A DNA stretch of 64,000 nt from Alphaproteobacteria bacterium (GTDB taxonomy: Bacteria > Pseudomonadota > Alphaproteobacteria > SPJN01): contig CBDDKB010000002.1 in the NCBI GenBank assembly GCA_965229935.1, positions 637,213 to 701,212 of the forward strand, read 5' to 3'. Below the pieces are notes generated by a model. It worked only from the letters and a program-made list of their open reading frames with translations. It had not been told where the DNA came from and did not search any database. Position numbers and translations under genes: made by a program. Within the stretch, counting starts at the first letter, position 1; each line of letters starts with the position of its first letter. Below, piece by piece: positions 1-10,038 of the stretch.

Positions 1-453
1 GTCACCGGAACGAATGCAGATACGGGCAATCAAGCTGTGCATGACCAACTGTCTGCCTTTATCGCAGCAAAACAGGATCGCCGCGCCTTAGTTCAATCAC
101 TAGGCATGCGTCGTTATCTAAGCGCTGTGCAGCAGGCTGATCTAGTACTTGGCAATTCATCCAGCGGCTTGCTTGAGGCACCTGCATTGGGCACGCCAAC
201 CGTAAATGTCGGTCATCGCCAAAGCGGACGACCGCTCGCCCCGTCAGTTTTGTCGGTTGAGGGGGATTGCGACGCCATCAAAGACGCGATCGCGCAGGCC
301 CTGTCACAGGATCACCAGGCGCTGAGCACCGCCTGCGACACGCCCTATGGCACGCCGGGGGCCGCCGGACGAATTCTAGATGTGCTCGCAGACATTGATT
401 TCGCTTCCATCGGACCGAAACAATTTGTTGATCGGGTGGTGACTGATGGCTGA
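1..453 (+). CDS. neuC: UDP-N-acetylglucosamine 2-epimerase (hydrolysing), NeuC/LegG-like. C-terminal part only; the 5' end lies outside the window.
   Basis: The frame is open from base 1. The motif GNSSSGLLEAPALGTPTVNVGHRQSGR is typical of NeuC-type epimerases. ATGA overlap with the downstream NeuB-like gene. Confidence 0.8.
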   Translation, partial: VTGTNADTGNQAVHDQLSAFIAAKQDRRALVQSLGMRRYLSAVQQADLVLGNSSSGLLEAPALGTPTVNVGHRQSGRPLAPSVLSVEGDCDAIKDAIAQALSQDHQALSTACDTPYGTPGAAGRILDVLADIDFASIGPKQFVDRVVTDG

Positions 454-1555
454 TCAAGAACATGTCTTCATCATCGCAGAAGCGGGCGTCAATCATAATG
501 GCGAATTGGCACTTGCGGAACAATTGGTTGACGCTGCCGCTGCTGCTGGGGCCGATGCGGTCAAATTTCAAACCTTCAACGCTGATCGGTTGGCCGGGCT
601 GGACGCGGGGCTAGCCTCCTATCAGGCGGACAATCTGGGCGAGCAGATCAGCCAGCGTGACATGCTTGCCGCGCTTGAGTTGAAGGAGGAGTGGCACGAA
701 CCGCTTAAGGCGCGCGCAGAAGCGGCAGGTATCGAGTTTCTGTCCACTGCCTTTGATCTGCAAAGCCTTGCCTTCCTGCAACAGCTTAACTTGTCGCGTT
801 ATAAGGTGCCGTCGGGGGAGCTGACGAACGCCCCATTATTGTGGGCCTTTGCCAAATCTGGCCGCCCCTTGATCCTGTCGACGGGCATGGCCGATACGGA
901 TGAGATTGAGTTTGCCTTGGCTGTTGTGCATCACGCACGAACCCATGATCAGCCGCCAGCAAGCAATGACGAGTTGTGGGACGCATGGCCCGGCACCGAA
1001 CAGGCTGTGTCTGGGGCGTTGGCAGGTACGGTCAGCCTGCTTCACTGCACATCTGACTATCCCGCCGCGCCGCAGGCTGTGAACCTACGCGCTATGGATC
1101 ACATGACAGAGGTGTTTGGGCTGCCCGTCGGCTATTCCGACCACACGGCAGGAATTGCCGTATCGCTTGCCGCTGTCGCGCGTGGTGCAACCATTATTGA
1201 AAAGCACTTCACGCTCGACCGTGATTTGCCGGGGCCTGATCACAAAGCCTCTCTCACTGTTCCAGAATTGACCCAGTTGGTTGCGGGTATTCGGGCGGTC
1301 AGCGCATCATTGGGTGATGGGATCAAGCGTCCGCAGGCGGTGGAGCTTTCCACGCGGGAACTTGTCCGCCAGCGCATCATTGCCGTGCGCGACCTGCCAG
1401 CAGGACATATCGTTACGACTGATGATGTGCGCACCGCCCGCAGTTCTACAGGTCTGTTCGCGGCAGATTTTTGGGATTGCATTGGCGCGCGCTTGACGGA
1501 AGCTGTCGGTGCTGGCATGCCGATTGTGTCGATCAATAAAGAAGGGGCAAATTAG
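446..1555 (+). CDS. neuB: Nonulosonic acid synthase (N-acetylneuraminate/legionaminate synthase family, NeuB/LegI-like).
   Basis: N-terminus IIAEAGVNHNGELALAEQLVDAAAAAGADAVKFQTF. 369 aa with a C-terminal SAF-like segment. Sits in a NeuC/NeuD/NeuA context. Confidence 0.9.
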   Translation: MADQEHVFIIAEAGVNHNGELALAEQLVDAAAAAGADAVKFQTFNADRLAGLDAGLASYQADNLGEQISQRDMLAALELKEEWHEPLKARAEAAGIEFLSTAFDLQSLAFLQQLNLSRYKVPSGELTNAPLLWAFAKSGRPLILSTGMADTDEIEFALAVVHHARTHDQPPASNDELWDAWPGTEQAVSGALAGTVSLLHCTSDYPAAPQAVNLRAMDHMTEVFGLPVGYSDHTAGIAVSLAAVARGATIIEKHFTLDRDLPGPDHKASLTVPELTQLVAGIRAVSASLGDGIKRPQAVELSTRELVRQRIIAVRDLPAGHIVTTDDVRTARSSTGLFAADFWDCIGARLTEAVGAGMPIVSINKEGAN

Positions 1556-1557
1556 CG

Positions 1558-2190
1558 ATGAGCGATCAGCCGCAAAAATTTGTTCTGTTTGGAGCTGGCG
1601 GTCACGGCACAGTCGTGGCTGCCCTGTTGCGTGCCTGCGGGCATGAGGTTGTGGGCGTTGCCGACCCAGCCCTATCTAATGCCGGACAAAAGGTTTGGCA
1701 GGGCGTACCTGTTTTGGCCGACGATGAAATCCGCGCCGAGTTTGATCCCAAAGATACACACGCGGCTATTGGTGTCGGATTGTTACCCGATCAAACCAGC
1801 TTACGCCCCCGCCTGTATGACGAGGCACGCGCAGCAGGCTTTTCCGTGCCGTCTCTGGTTCACCCATCGGCTATTATTGATCCTAGTGTTGCAATTGCCG
1901 ATGGGGCACAGATCATGGCTGGGGTAACTATACAAGTTGGTGTCAGTATTGGCATGAATGCGATTATCAATACAGGTGCGATTGTTGATCATGACAGTGT
2001 GGTCGGTGATCTTGCTCATATTGCTCCGGGTGCCGTTTTATGCGGTGGCGCGGCAGTGGGAATAGGGGCCTTTGTCGGCGCAGGCGCTTGTTTGATTCAG
2101 TCTGTTCAGGTTGGCGATCATGCTATTGTCGGCGCAGGATGCACGCTGCGGCACGATCTTGCTGTCAATGGCAAACACGTCGGGGAATAG
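1558..2190 (+). CDS. Hexapeptide-repeat sugar N-acetyltransferase, NeuD/PglD/LegH family.
   Basis: Rossmann-like N-terminus FVLFGAGGHGTVVAALL, followed by a left-handed beta-helix repeat region (IGMNAIINTGAIVDHDSVVGDLAHIAPGAVLCGG). Confidence 0.85.
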   Translation: MSDQPQKFVLFGAGGHGTVVAALLRACGHEVVGVADPALSNAGQKVWQGVPVLADDEIRAEFDPKDTHAAIGVGLLPDQTSLRPRLYDEARAAGFSVPSLVHPSAIIDPSVAIADGAQIMAGVTIQVGVSIGMNAIINTGAIVDHDSVVGDLAHIAPGAVLCGGAAVGIGAFVGAGACLIQSVQVGDHAIVGAGCTLRHDLAVNGKHVGE

Positions 2191-2199
2191 GAGAGCGGG

Positions 2200-3252
2200 A
2201 TGCAAGAAAGCTTCGGTGAATCTTGGCGCGCGGCCCTTCTGCCGCGTGACGCGACATTGAAACAGGCAATACAGAACCTGTCTGACAGCTCACTTCAAAT
2301 CGTGATGGTTGTTGATGATAATGGTCATCTTGCGGGAACTGTAACAGATGGGGATGTGCGGCGCGGGTTGATCCGCGACGTGGCATTAACCGATCCGGTA
2401 TCGGTCGTGATGAACGACAATCCATTTGTTGTACCGCCCGATATGCCGATCGGGCAGGTCAAGGCGATCATGCGGGCCAATCGATTTCACCAAATTCCAG
2501 TGGTTGAAGAAGGGCGCAAATTATGTGGCCTGCACCTGTGGGATGATCTGGAAAGTTCCAGCGCGCTTGATAATCAATTTGTGATCATGGCAGGTGGCGA
2601 GGGCAAGCGGCTGCGTCCGTTTACCGAATCTTGCCCCAAGCCCATGTTGGAAGTCGCAGGTAAGCCGATGCTGGCCCATATTGTTGAACGGGCGGTGGCA
2701 GAGGGGTTTACCAACATCACCATGTGCTTGAACTATTTGGGTCACATGATTGTTGACTATTTCGGCGATGGGGCCGCGTGGGGGGCGACCATCACCTATG
2801 TGCACGAAGAAGAAAAACTAGGCACAGCAGGTGCGCTTGGCTTACTTGACCCTGTGCCTAACCTACCATTCATCGTCACCAATGGCGATGTGATGACAGA
2901 TATTGCCTATTTGGATTTGCTCAACTTCCACAATTCCCACCGGGCAGATGCGACCATGGCTGTCCGCCAGATGGAGTGGCGGAATCCTTATGGGGTCGTC
3001 AAAACCAATGGGCTGACTATTACAGGTTTTGAGGAAAAGCCCGTGCAACGCCACCATGTTAATGCTGGTATTTATGCGCTTGAGCCATCGGCGCTGTGTC
3101 ATCTTAAGGCCGGTGACTTTTGCGACATGCCCACATTGTTCACTGATGTCAGCAAGGCAGGCGGGGCGGCCATTGTTTTTCCCATGCATGAACCTTGGAT
3201 GGATGTGGGGCGTCCTGACGATCTGGAAAAAGCGCATGACTTTCAGCGATAG
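2200..3252 (+). CDS. ptmE: CBS-pair plus sugar-phosphate nucleotidyltransferase, PtmE-like (GDP-sugar branch of legionaminic acid synthesis).
   Basis: N-terminal CBS-like region, then the NTP-transferase motif VIMAGGEGKRLRPFTESCPKPML. Same architecture as the C. jejuni PtmE-type enzyme. Confidence 0.75.
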   Translation: MQESFGESWRAALLPRDATLKQAIQNLSDSSLQIVMVVDDNGHLAGTVTDGDVRRGLIRDVALTDPVSVVMNDNPFVVPPDMPIGQVKAIMRANRFHQIPVVEEGRKLCGLHLWDDLESSSALDNQFVIMAGGEGKRLRPFTESCPKPMLEVAGKPMLAHIVERAVAEGFTNITMCLNYLGHMIVDYFGDGAAWGATITYVHEEEKLGTAGALGLLDPVPNLPFIVTNGDVMTDIAYLDLLNFHNSHRADATMAVRQMEWRNPYGVVKTNGLTITGFEEKPVQRHHVNAGIYALEPSALCHLKAGDFCDMPTLFTDVSKAGGAAIVFPMHEPWMDVGRPDDLEKAHDFQR

Positions 3253-4177
3253 ACAGATGCGGGCATTGATTGTCGGCTTTGGGTCTATCGGGCAACGTCA
3301 TGCCGACATACTGACGTCGCTGGGTTTACAAGTTTCGGCTGTAACCGGGAATCAAGAGGCGGCAGTTCCCCGCTTTGCGTCTATTGCCGATGCAATCGCG
3401 GGCGGCCCGTTTGACTATACGGTGATTGCCTCATCGACAGCGCGACATATGTCAGATATTCAGGCTTTGGCAGGCGCAGGATTTGAAGGCGCTGTGTTGG
3501 TTGAAAAGCCCATCAATGAAAATGGCCAAGAGCTGCCGGATAATAAGTTCCGTCAGGTTTGCGTTGGCTATAATTTGCGCTTTCATCCCCTGTTACAGGA
3601 ATTGCGTCATAGCCTGTCTGGTGAGGCGGTACAGCAAATCACCATACATTGCGGGCAGCATTTAGCAGATTGGCGTCCGGGCCGCGACTTCAGGACAACA
3701 TATTCAGCAGATCAGGCGCAAGGCGGCGGTGTGCTGCGGGATTTGAGCCATGAACTTGACTATCTGTTATGGTTATTTGGGCCTTGGAAGCGTGTTGCTG
3801 CGATTGGCGGGAATTTGGGGGTGCTGGATATTGATGCTGATGAAGCATGGTCGATCCTACTAGAAATGGAAAGCGGTGCGGTCGCGACCGTCACCGTGAA
3901 CTATTTCGACAGACCTGCAAAACGATCACTGCAAGTGACAACGGCAAACAACACATTATGCGTGGATATGATCCAAAACTCATTTGCCGTAGGGGGAGAA
4001 CCGCCGAGAGACTATGTGGTCGATCGCAATATGACTTATCAGTCGATGCATACTGCGATTTTGTCAGGGGATAGGGATCATATTGCAACTGCGCGTGACG
4101 GACAGGCTGTGATGGGCCTGATCAATGCCATTGAACAAGCGGCGCAAAAGGGCGAATGGGTTAAAACATGTCTATGA
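3236..4177 (+). CDS. Gfo/Idh/MocA-family NAD(P)-dependent oxidoreductase, PtmF-like.
   Basis: Rossmann start MRALIVGFGSIGQRHADIL. The ATG at 3236 overlaps the stop of the upstream gene. The track ORF start at 3029 is an out-of-frame overlap artefact. Confidence 0.7.
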   Translation: MTFSDRQMRALIVGFGSIGQRHADILTSLGLQVSAVTGNQEAAVPRFASIADAIAGGPFDYTVIASSTARHMSDIQALAGAGFEGAVLVEKPINENGQELPDNKFRQVCVGYNLRFHPLLQELRHSLSGEAVQQITIHCGQHLADWRPGRDFRTTYSADQAQGGGVLRDLSHELDYLLWLFGPWKRVAAIGGNLGVLDIDADEAWSILLEMESGAVATVTVNYFDRPAKRSLQVTTANNTLCVDMIQNSFAVGGEPPRDYVVDRNMTYQSMHTAILSGDRDHIATARDGQAVMGLINAIEQAAQKGEWVKTCL

Positions 4178-4875
4178 TTTGTACAATCTGTGCGCGGGGC
4201 GGGTCAAAGGGTGTGCCGGGCAAAAATGTCAAGGACCTGAACGGTCAACCGGTCATCGCCTGGACCATTGCGCAGGCCAAACAAAGCCAGCTTTTTGAAC
4301 TTATAGCGGTTAGTAGTGACAGCCAGGAGATTTTGGATGTGGCGTCGGCAAGCGGCGCCGATCATTTGGTTCGACGGCCAGATGAAATGGCTACAGATAC
4401 TGCGGGTAAACTGCCGGCAATCGCGCATTGTCTAAAAAGTGCTGAAGCCTATCTTGGCAATACAGTATCGGCATTTGTAGATTTGGATGCGACCTCACCC
4501 TTGCGGAAGGTTGACGATATAGTGGGGGCAGTGAATCTGTTTAATCAAACAGGAGCCACCAATGTGATTACTGGCAGTCCGGCGCGCCGGTCACCCTATT
4601 TTAATTTGGTCGAACAAGGTGAAGGCGGCACAGTTCATCTCTCTAAGCCTATGGAAAGTGTGTTGCGGCGGCAGGATGCGCCTGTTTGTTTTGATATGAA
4701 CGCGTCGATTTATGTTTGGCGTCGTGATGAGTTTTTAAAAGACCCCAAGGTGTTTTATCCGGATACTAGATTATTCGAAATGCCGGAGGATCGCTCCTTC
4801 GATATTGATACGCCGCTTGATTTTGAGATTGTGAAATTACTGCACGCGAGACAATTGCGTGGAAAGGAAGGCTGA
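4168..4875 (+). CDS. neuA: Acylneuraminate cytidylyltransferase family (CMP-nonulosonic acid synthetase, NeuA/LegF-like).
   Basis: ICARGGSKGVPGKNVKDLNGQPVIAWTI is the CTP_transf_3 N-terminal signature. 235 aa. Confidence 0.85.
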   Translation: MSMICTICARGGSKGVPGKNVKDLNGQPVIAWTIAQAKQSQLFELIAVSSDSQEILDVASASGADHLVRRPDEMATDTAGKLPAIAHCLKSAEAYLGNTVSAFVDLDATSPLRKVDDIVGAVNLFNQTGATNVITGSPARRSPYFNLVEQGEGGTVHLSKPMESVLRRQDAPVCFDMNASIYVWRRDEFLKDPKVFYPDTRLFEMPEDRSFDIDTPLDFEIVKLLHARQLRGKEG

Positions 4876-4877
4876 CC

Positions 4878-5717
4878 ATGACGGATATGTTGGAAAAGGG
4901 TCATTTCAGCCGCGCGCAGTTCGATTTGTCCGGCAAGGTTGCGCTTGTTACAGGGGCGGCGGGCATATTGGGACCCTATTTCTGCCATGCTTTGGCAGAT
5001 CATGGCGCCACCATCGCTGTCATCGATATCGATCAGGCGAAGGCCAAGCAATTGGCAACGGATTTGGAGCGGACATACAAATGTCGTGCCGCTGCATTTG
5101 ATGTCGATGTCTCTGACGCAGGCGCGGTGCGTCAGCTTGTTGAGGCGGTGGAAAGCGAATTGGGGCCTGTTGATATTTTGCACAATAATGCGGCGTCAAA
5201 GGGAAAGGCCTTAGATGCCTTTTTTGAAACGACAGAGTTATTTGATGCTGCTACCTGGAAAGAGATTATGGCCGTCAATCTGGACGGTGCATTCTTTATG
5301 GCGCGAGAAATTGGCGGGCGCATGGCACAGCGCGGCGGCGGCAGCATCATTCAAACAGCGTCTATCTATGGTGTTGTCGGGCCTGACCAGCGGATTTACG
5401 AAGGATCAGACTATCTTGGTCGGCAGATCAACACACCCGCAGTCTATAGCGCATCAAAGGCAGGCATTGTGGGGCTGACGAGGTATCTTGCAACCTATTG
5501 GGGGGATAAGGGCGTGCGGGTGAACACACTAACGCCCGGTGGTGTCTCAAGCGGCCAAAATGATGTGTTCGAGGCCAAATATTCTGCCCGCATTCCCTTG
5601 GGGCGCATGGCACAACCTGATGATATGACGGGTGCGTTGATCTTTTTGGCCTCTGACGCCAGCCGTTATGTTACGGGGCAAAATATCATTGTTGACGGCG
5701 GCTTGACCGCGTGGTGA
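4878..5717 (+). CDS. Short-chain dehydrogenase/reductase (SDR), PtmA-like.
   Basis: TGAAGILG cofactor motif, an NNAA motif and the YSASK catalytic motif. Confidence 0.8.
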   Translation: MTDMLEKGHFSRAQFDLSGKVALVTGAAGILGPYFCHALADHGATIAVIDIDQAKAKQLATDLERTYKCRAAAFDVDVSDAGAVRQLVEAVESELGPVDILHNNAASKGKALDAFFETTELFDAATWKEIMAVNLDGAFFMAREIGGRMAQRGGGSIIQTASIYGVVGPDQRIYEGSDYLGRQINTPAVYSASKAGIVGLTRYLATYWGDKGVRVNTLTPGGVSSGQNDVFEAKYSARIPLGRMAQPDDMTGALIFLASDASRYVTGQNIIVDGGLTAW

Positions 5718-7085
5718 TCAGTGGCGGTGATAAACCGTTAACATGGTTTCAACCGCCTGTTTCCATGCGCGATCACGATGCGGAAATTCCTTGTCATCCA
5801 AGTTGAGAATGGGATCGACAAGGCCGGGCCATAATAGGTGTTCTTTTTTTGCGACGGCAGCTACCAATTTATCGTGGTCATAGTCGAAAGCAAAAAAGCG
5901 CTGCATGACATCGGCATGATCGGCCGTCCATTCAAATGCGCCAGGCAGGTCGCGATACCATGCTAAGCCGAATGTGATTGTTGGTTTGCGGGCTTGCAAA
6001 CACTCCCATCCAGCGGTGCCGCAAATATTGGCAACGCCGACAGAATTTTTGATCAGCGCATGTGAGCTATATTCCGATCTGATTAATTTGACCGAAGGGA
6101 TAGACAAGATACGCTTGTAAAAACTTGCATCCCGCATATAGGCGGTCTGCAATGGGTTTTCCTTGATATAGATGGAAAAGTCATCTGGCAGGTGTCGGGC
6201 CAATTGTTCGACCGCCAGCGCCTGATCTACAAACAGATCGCCGCCTGTGATGTCGGTTGTCATCTCAGGCTGCAGGTGAAGGGGGACATAGATAAACTTT
6301 TCACCCTCAACCGGGTCACTGTAATAATGGTCCGGTAAATTGTGAACTTTGTACACACGGTAAATGCGCGTCAATTTATTGTAGGATTTGCGTGCGCCAT
6401 TCCAGTTCCCGGTGAGGGGGGCGATCAAATATTTCAGGCTTGTGTTTAGAATGCGGCTTGCGATCTGTCCTACCAGCTTTGTCTTGCTGACGCGTTTTAG
6501 ATTGCGAAATAGAAACGGAATTTCCAGATCATATTTGATTTCCAGCGTGCCGTGATCATCTGTTTCTGGGCCGCGAATACCTAGATCTTCTATCGATTCA
6601 GCAATCCACATATAGTCTGAAAACATCGTGGTTGAGGGCACGATAGTCCTGATTCCCATCGCCTTGCATAGGTGATAAAGAATTTGGGTCGAGCCAATAT
6701 GCGGCACATTGTTGAACAGTACGGTCGAGATGCGATCTTCGTTCAGAACCTTCCAGAAATATTGCAGCCCCGCCTCAAAGTGATTTTCTACATCAAGCCA
6801 GCTTTCCCGGCGACTGACGGTGCGGCTGAACAGGCGGAAATGCGTGCGCCTGAAATAGCGAAAACCAGTTTCGCGTGCCTTCGCGGCAATCGCTTCGTCC
6901 AATGTCGGGGCGAATACGTCATCGTCTGCGATGCCCGTTAAAACCCTAAAAGGGGTGAAGGTGACGCCTTCTACAGGTTTCTTGGGCTGCGCGGCACCCA
7001 GCAGATACACGCGCTTGACAGGCATGCCGCCTTCAATCAGTTCGTGAACCTGTTGTTCATAGAACCCCATCAATAAAACTGACAC
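5718..7085 (-). CDS. Putative capsule-biosynthesis-like (KpsS/LipB-type) glycosyl/nonulosonyl transferase.
   Basis: 455 aa. The segment FIYVPLHLQPEMTTD resembles the HxQPE-type motif of Capsule_synth family proteins. It is the only minus-strand gene inside the nonulosonic acid locus. Assigned from motif memory only. Confidence 0.4.
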   Translation of the reverse strand: MSVLLMGFYEQQVHELIEGGMPVKRVYLLGAAQPKKPVEGVTFTPFRVLTGIADDDVFAPTLDEAIAAKARETGFRYFRRTHFRLFSRTVSRRESWLDVENHFEAGLQYFWKVLNEDRISTVLFNNVPHIGSTQILYHLCKAMGIRTIVPSTTMFSDYMWIAESIEDLGIRGPETDDHGTLEIKYDLEIPFLFRNLKRVSKTKLVGQIASRILNTSLKYLIAPLTGNWNGARKSYNKLTRIYRVYKVHNLPDHYYSDPVEGEKFIYVPLHLQPEMTTDITGGDLFVDQALAVEQLARHLPDDFSIYIKENPLQTAYMRDASFYKRILSIPSVKLIRSEYSSHALIKNSVGVANICGTAGWECLQARKPTITFGLAWYRDLPGAFEWTADHADVMQRFFAFDYDHDKLVAAVAKKEHLLWPGLVDPILNLDDKEFPHRDRAWKQAVETMLTVYHRH

Positions 7086-7298
7086 GGGCTATCCCCTTTG
7101 TCCGAAAACCATACTTGTTAGATAAACTGAATCGGGGGGAGGGGGCAAGCAACCTCGCCAGTGGGTGAGTTTGGGGGAATTGCCGCATGATTTCCCGCAG
7201 AAATTCCCGATGAAGGACCAGATACACCGTTGCAAATACACGGTGATTCGGACCATATTGACATAGTTTAACTATGATTTGACCTGACTTGTTACGAG

Positions 7299-8621
7299 AT
7301 GCCGATGCTATATCCCAGCCGCCGCGAGATCGATTTTGCCTCCTTCACGACGGACAATCCGAATGAAGCGAAGTATGGCCTGCCGACCGAGGTGCGCTAT
7401 TGCAGCCGCTGTGTGATTTCCAATCAACGGCCTAATTCCGCGGTTGAATATGCCCACACCAAGGAAAGCAAGAAAGAGACCATCAATTTCGATGATGAGA
7501 ATATTTGCGATGCCTGCAAGGTGGCGGAACAGAAGCACAAAATAATCAATTGGGACGAACGGCGCGCCCAATTGGAGGAGCTTTGCGCAAAGCATCGTCG
7601 TACTGACGGCCATTATGATTGTGTTGTGCCCGGGTCGGGCGGCAAGGACAGTTTTTATGCTGCCCATATGTTGAAGCATGAATTTGGGATGCACCCGCTG
7701 ACGGTCACCTGGGCACCCCATATCTATACGGATTGGGGTTGGAAAAATTTCCAATCATGGATTCACGCAGGTTTTGACAATCTTTTGACAACACCAAATG
7801 GGCGTGTGCACAGGCTGTTGACGCGGCTTGCCGTTGAAAACCTGTTTCATCCGTTTCAGGCCTTTATGTTTGGGCAAAAATCATTGGCGCCCAAAATGGC
7901 TATTTTGCATGACATTCCGCTGGTCTTTTTTGGGGAAAATGAGGCTGAATATGGCAATCCTGTCGGCGACACCGAAACGGCCAAACGCGATTGGCGCTAT
8001 TTTACAGCGGATGACAAATCAAAAATCTTTTTGGGCGGCACGTCCATTGAAAGTCTGACCAATGATTTCGGGGTGGAGCCTTATGACCTTCAACCCTATT
8101 TGCCTGCGGACCCTGCCCAGATCGAAGAAAAGAATGTCGAGGTTCATTATCTTGGCTACTATCTGAAATGGCATCCGCAAAGCTGCTATTACTACTCTGT
8201 CGAACATGGCGGGTTTCAGGCATCACCAGAAAGAACGCCGGGTACCTATAGTAAATATAATTCAATCGATGACCGAATTGATGACTTTCACTATTACACG
8301 ACCATGATTAAGTTCGGGATCGGACGGGCAACCTATGACGCGGCGCAGGAGATCCGGTCAGGCGATATTGATCGAGATGAAGGGGTGGCCCTTGCGCGGC
8401 GCTTTGATGGAGAGTTCCCCGAACGGTTCGCGGATGAAATTTTTGCCTATCTTAGCCTGCCGAAAAAAGAATTTCCCGAGGCATCAAAAATGTTTGAACA
8501 GCCGATTATTGATCGAGCCTATTTTGACAATTTGACAGATTCATTCCGGTCGCCCCATTTGTGGAAGTATGAGGACGGCAAGTGGTCCTTGCGCCATTCG
8601 GTTTGGGAGGGGCAGGATTGA
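7299..8621 (+). CDS. N-acetyl sugar amidotransferase (PP-loop ATPase, WbpG/PseA/PtmG-like).
   Basis: PP-loop motif VPGSGGKDS and an N-terminal Cys-rich segment (CSRCVISN...CDAC). Followed by HisF/HisH paralogs, as in acetamidino-sugar loci. Confidence 0.8.
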   Translation: MPMLYPSRREIDFASFTTDNPNEAKYGLPTEVRYCSRCVISNQRPNSAVEYAHTKESKKETINFDDENICDACKVAEQKHKIINWDERRAQLEELCAKHRRTDGHYDCVVPGSGGKDSFYAAHMLKHEFGMHPLTVTWAPHIYTDWGWKNFQSWIHAGFDNLLTTPNGRVHRLLTRLAVENLFHPFQAFMFGQKSLAPKMAILHDIPLVFFGENEAEYGNPVGDTETAKRDWRYFTADDKSKIFLGGTSIESLTNDFGVEPYDLQPYLPADPAQIEEKNVEVHYLGYYLKWHPQSCYYYSVEHGGFQASPERTPGTYSKYNSIDDRIDDFHYYTTMIKFGIGRATYDAAQEIRSGDIDRDEGVALARRFDGEFPERFADEIFAYLSLPKKEFPEASKMFEQPIIDRAYFDNLTDSFRSPHLWKYEDGKWSLRHSVWEGQD

Positions 8622-9382
8622 AACCCAATGTCCGTCTGATTGCACGGCTTGATGTTAAAGGGCCGAACCTGATCAAAGGTGTCCATCTTGAAGGGTTGCG
8701 CGTGTTGGGTGATCCGCAAGAGTTTGCGCACCGTTACTATGATCAAGGCGCGGATGAGTTGATCTATATCGACTTGGTTGCCAGTCTATATGGCCGTTCT
8801 AAACTAACCGAAATTGTCCGTAAAACCGCTTATGATGTGTTTGTGCCCTTGACAGTGGGTGGGGGTATTCGGTCGGTGGACGATGTGCGCGAATTGCTGA
8901 TGGCTGGTGCGGATAAGGTGGCGATCAACACCGCGGGTGTGCAGCGCCCTGACTTGCTGAACGAAGTTGCCACCAAATTTGGCAGCCAGTGCCTTGTCCT
9001 GTCGGTCGAGGCCAAGCACCAGACTGGTGATCATTGGGAAGTTTATACTGATTGTGGTCGCGAACGATCCGGCCGCGATGTGGTTGATTGGGTGAAGGAG
9101 GCCGTTGATCGCGGTATCGGCGAAATCCTTCTGACCTCAATCGACAATGAAGGTACAGGCAAGGGTTATGACCTTGACTTGATTGCGCGTGTCGCAGAGG
9201 TTGCGCCCGTGCCTTTGATAGTTAGTGGCGGGTTTTCCAAGACATCACATATTGTGGATGCCGTCTCGAACGGGGCGGATGCCTGCGCCGTTGCCGATGC
9301 ACTGCATTACAATAAAATGGAACTGGGTGAGATCAGATCTGAAATGCTTGCTGCCAATATCCCGACAAGGGTGACGTCATGA
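8582..9382 (+). CDS. hisF: Imidazole glycerol phosphate synthase cyclase subunit paralog (HisF-like, WbuZ type).
   Basis: IARLDVKG...VHLEGLRVLGDP...PLTVGGGIRS...SGGF motifs. The start is uncertain: ATG at 8582 or in-frame TTG at 8618, which overlaps the upstream stop. Confidence 0.85.
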   Translation: MVLAPFGLGGAGLKPNVRLIARLDVKGPNLIKGVHLEGLRVLGDPQEFAHRYYDQGADELIYIDLVASLYGRSKLTEIVRKTAYDVFVPLTVGGGIRSVDDVRELLMAGADKVAINTAGVQRPDLLNEVATKFGSQCLVLSVEAKHQTGDHWEVYTDCGRERSGRDVVDWVKEAVDRGIGEILLTSIDNEGTGKGYDLDLIARVAEVAPVPLIVSGGFSKTSHIVDAVSNGADACAVADALHYNKMELGEIRSEMLAANIPTRVTS

Positions 9383-10038
9383 ATATTGTGATTGTTGATT
9401 ATGGCATGGGCAATCTGTTCAGTGTGGAACGCGCTTTGCAAAGCATCGGGGTGGAGCGGCCCAAAACAACCAGTGATCCTGACAGGCTGGCCGAAGCTGA
9501 ATTTGTTATTCTGCCGGGTGTCGGCGCCTTTGGCGATGGGATGGCGGGGCTGACCCAAAACGGTATGGCAGATGCGCTGCGCGACCATTGTAATCAAGGC
9601 AAGCCATTGCTTGGTATCTGTCTGGGCATGCAAATGCTTGTTGAGGCTAGTGAAGAAAGTCCCGGTGTCGCTGGCCTTGGATTGATCAGGGGACAGGTCA
9701 GGCGGATTGATTCAACAACTGAAAATGGCGCCATGCGTAAGGTGCCTTATGTCGGTTGGGCTAAAATGGCAGTCAATCCATCATGGGGCGGTTCAGATTT
9801 TGCGTGGCCTACAGAAATGATTGCGGGCGAAAGCTTCTATTGCGTCCATTCATTTCAGACTAAGCCTGTAGACGAAAGCTGCACATTATCGAGTTATGAT
9901 TATGACGGGCTTTCTGTTACAGCCGCAATTGCACGAGACAATATTATCGGCACACAGTTCCACCCCGAAAAAAGCGGCAAAAAAGGTTTGGCACTTTTGC
10001 GAGAGGTGTTGGTCACTGCGGGGGTGAGCCTGTCATGA
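9379..10038 (+). CDS. hisH: Glutamine amidotransferase subunit paralog (HisH-like, WbuY type).
   Basis: IVIVDYGMGNLFSVERAL, GICLGMQ (catalytic Cys) and QFHPEKS. ATGA overlap with the HisF-like gene. Confidence 0.85.
   Translation: MNIVIVDYGMGNLFSVERALQSIGVERPKTTSDPDRLAEAEFVILPGVGAFGDGMAGLTQNGMADALRDHCNQGKPLLGICLGMQMLVEASEESPGVAGLGLIRGQVRRIDSTTENGAMRKVPYVGWAKMAVNPSWGGSDFAWPTEMIAGESFYCVHSFQTKPVDESCTLSSYDYDGLSVTAAIARDNIIGTQFHPEKSGKKGLALLREVLVTAGVSLS

Noticed and set aside
3029-3235. N-terminal 69 aa extension of the oxidoreductase ORF in the track.
   Set aside because: It lies entirely inside the PtmE-like CDS in another frame. The Rossmann fold begins right after the ATG at 3236, which overlaps the upstream stop in typical operon fashion.
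7130-7190. G-runs (GGGGGGAGGGGG...GGG...GGGGG) in the divergent promoter region, considered as a possible G-quadruplex.
   Set aside because: One loop would be about 17 nt, outside the canonical definition, and there is no supporting evidence. I noted it only as a compositional oddity.
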